27,098 nt of DNA from positions 1 through 27,098 of the forward strand of contig JANQHR010000009.1 in NCBI GenBank assembly GCA_028282585.1. The letters run 5' to 3'. The notes beneath the pieces are model-generated. The model did no database searches. It saw only the letters and a program-made list of their open reading frames with translations, and was not told where the DNA came from. Of the stretch, positions 26,901 to 27,098 are shown one piece after another. The stretch's first letter is position 1. The number at the start of each line of letters is the position of its first letter. This stretch comes from Bacteroidales bacterium (GTDB taxonomy: Bacteria; Bacteroidota; Bacteroidia; Bacteroidales; UBA12077). The translations under genes were made by a program, and so were the position numbers.

Positions 26901-27098
26901 TATGAAACTTATTCAGAATACAAAATTTATGTTCAAACTCAGGACGATTCCGGTGATGTTTATGAAAAGCCTTTTGTAATAACAGTTAATAATATAAATG
27001 AGAATCCTTCTGATATTGTTTTATCTACAACTACTATTGACGAAAATCAACCAATAGGTTCAGTTGTAGGTATTCTTTCTTCAATAGACGAAGACCTT
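23925..27098 (+). CDS. Second giant secreted FG-GAP protein with Ig-like and cadherin-like domains (3' partial; start 23925 or 23934; absent from the ORF track)
   Basis: Translated by hand: no stop in 1058 codons. Signal MRKILIICLLWVFGSQVFS-Q; 14 FG-GAP units; YQWQ...YRCII Ig; NEAP...INENQPVGT...ATDQN...DYE...NINENP cadherin-like repeats. Confidence 0.93.
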   Translation, partial: MRNMRKILIICLLWVFGSQVFSQNITELYKALPEPYVKNYSNYFGWSVAIDGDYAVVGAWGYEEAQGCAYVLLKNGSTWEKVAKLKASDGAKNDHFGTSVGISGDHIVVGSVLDDDNGNGSGSAYVFTKPAGGWKDATQTAKLTASNGSDLDIFGYSVSISGDNIVIGSKQNDYGSSSGSAYVFTKPASGWEDATETCKLKALGGTPDDKFGYAVSISGDHIVVGAYEDDVDGGTNGSAYVFTKPAGGWKDTTQTARLTASDGFVMDDFGYSVSISGDHIVVGAPSDFIVSYPLGSAYVFTKPAAGWSDTTETAKLTASDGASIDRFGVSVNISGDNIVVGAERGDDNTNFIYDIGSAYVYTKPAGGWSDNTQTAKLIASDGAEIDYFGRSVSISGDNIIVGADLDDDNGNESGSVYLYSKPAGSWVDANQDQKVVADVYQSATQDNFGYSVAVDGNYAVVGNYNYKKGIGRVIVFHYNRITWEKLATLTASDGAMNDYFGCSVDISGDFIVAGANRDSDINHKYYIGSAYVFTKPAGGWSDTTETAKLTASDGAEYDYFGTSVSISADNAVVGAYEDDDKGSNSGSAYVFTKPAGGWSDTTETAKLTASDGAENDYFGYSVDISGDQIVVGSVLDDDNGNNSGSAYVFTKPSGGWSDTVEKAKLTAIDGASGDYFGRSASISGDHIVVGAYNNNNKGNNSGSAYVFTKPEEGWNDMNQAAKLTASDGAENDYFGRSVSISGNRIVIGADRDDDKGSNSGSAYVFTKPSGGWSDTTQTAKLNASDGAENDYFGYSVSISGDNIVLGAYGDDDNGYESGSAYLFKLDLPVINTQPFNQADVNAGTSVSFMLVADYADSYQWQHSLDGGNTFSIITDNEIYSNSNSASLNVVSDYDMHLYKYRCIISNTWDTVVSDTVILKIANEAPVNIELSNDVINENQPVGTAIGIFTATDQNINDTTHTFALVSGNGVNDADNSSFTISGDTLKTVAKPDYETYSEYKIYVQTQDDSGDVYEKPFVITVNNINENPSDIVLSTTTIDENQPIGSVVGILSSIDEDL

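Overview
AT-rich chromosomal window, most likely from a Bacteroidota (Bacteroidales-like) genome, judged from TAnnTTTG promoter boxes, a T9SS C-terminal sorting domain, a TonB-dependent receptor and a fused E1 alpha/beta gene. Left to right it holds: the 3' part of a TonB-dependent receptor; a molybdenum-cofactor cluster (moeA, a shortened moaA, moaC, a MOSC-MogA fusion, mobA) interleaved with two HD-domain genes, an MBL-fold hydrolase and a four-repeat OB/S1-like protein; yidD; nrfHA; a PD40 lipoprotein; a fused 2-oxoacid dehydrogenase E1; a small Cys-rich membrane protein; an OsmC-family gene; an unannotated pseudogene; and two tandem giant secreted proteins with 14 FG-GAP repeats each. The second of these runs off the window and is absent from the ORF track. 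Most notable observations: (i) a Moco pathway with no MoaD/MoaE/MoeB in the window but with a Cys-rich MOSC domain fused to MogA, a candidate alternative sulfur-insertion route; (ii) a GC-rich nested palindromic element sitting in frame inside an HD gene; (iii) degenerate 7/8-mer intergenic arrays; (iv) mosaic exact-identity tracts between FG-GAP blades. All assignments come from reading motifs by eye; no searches were run.
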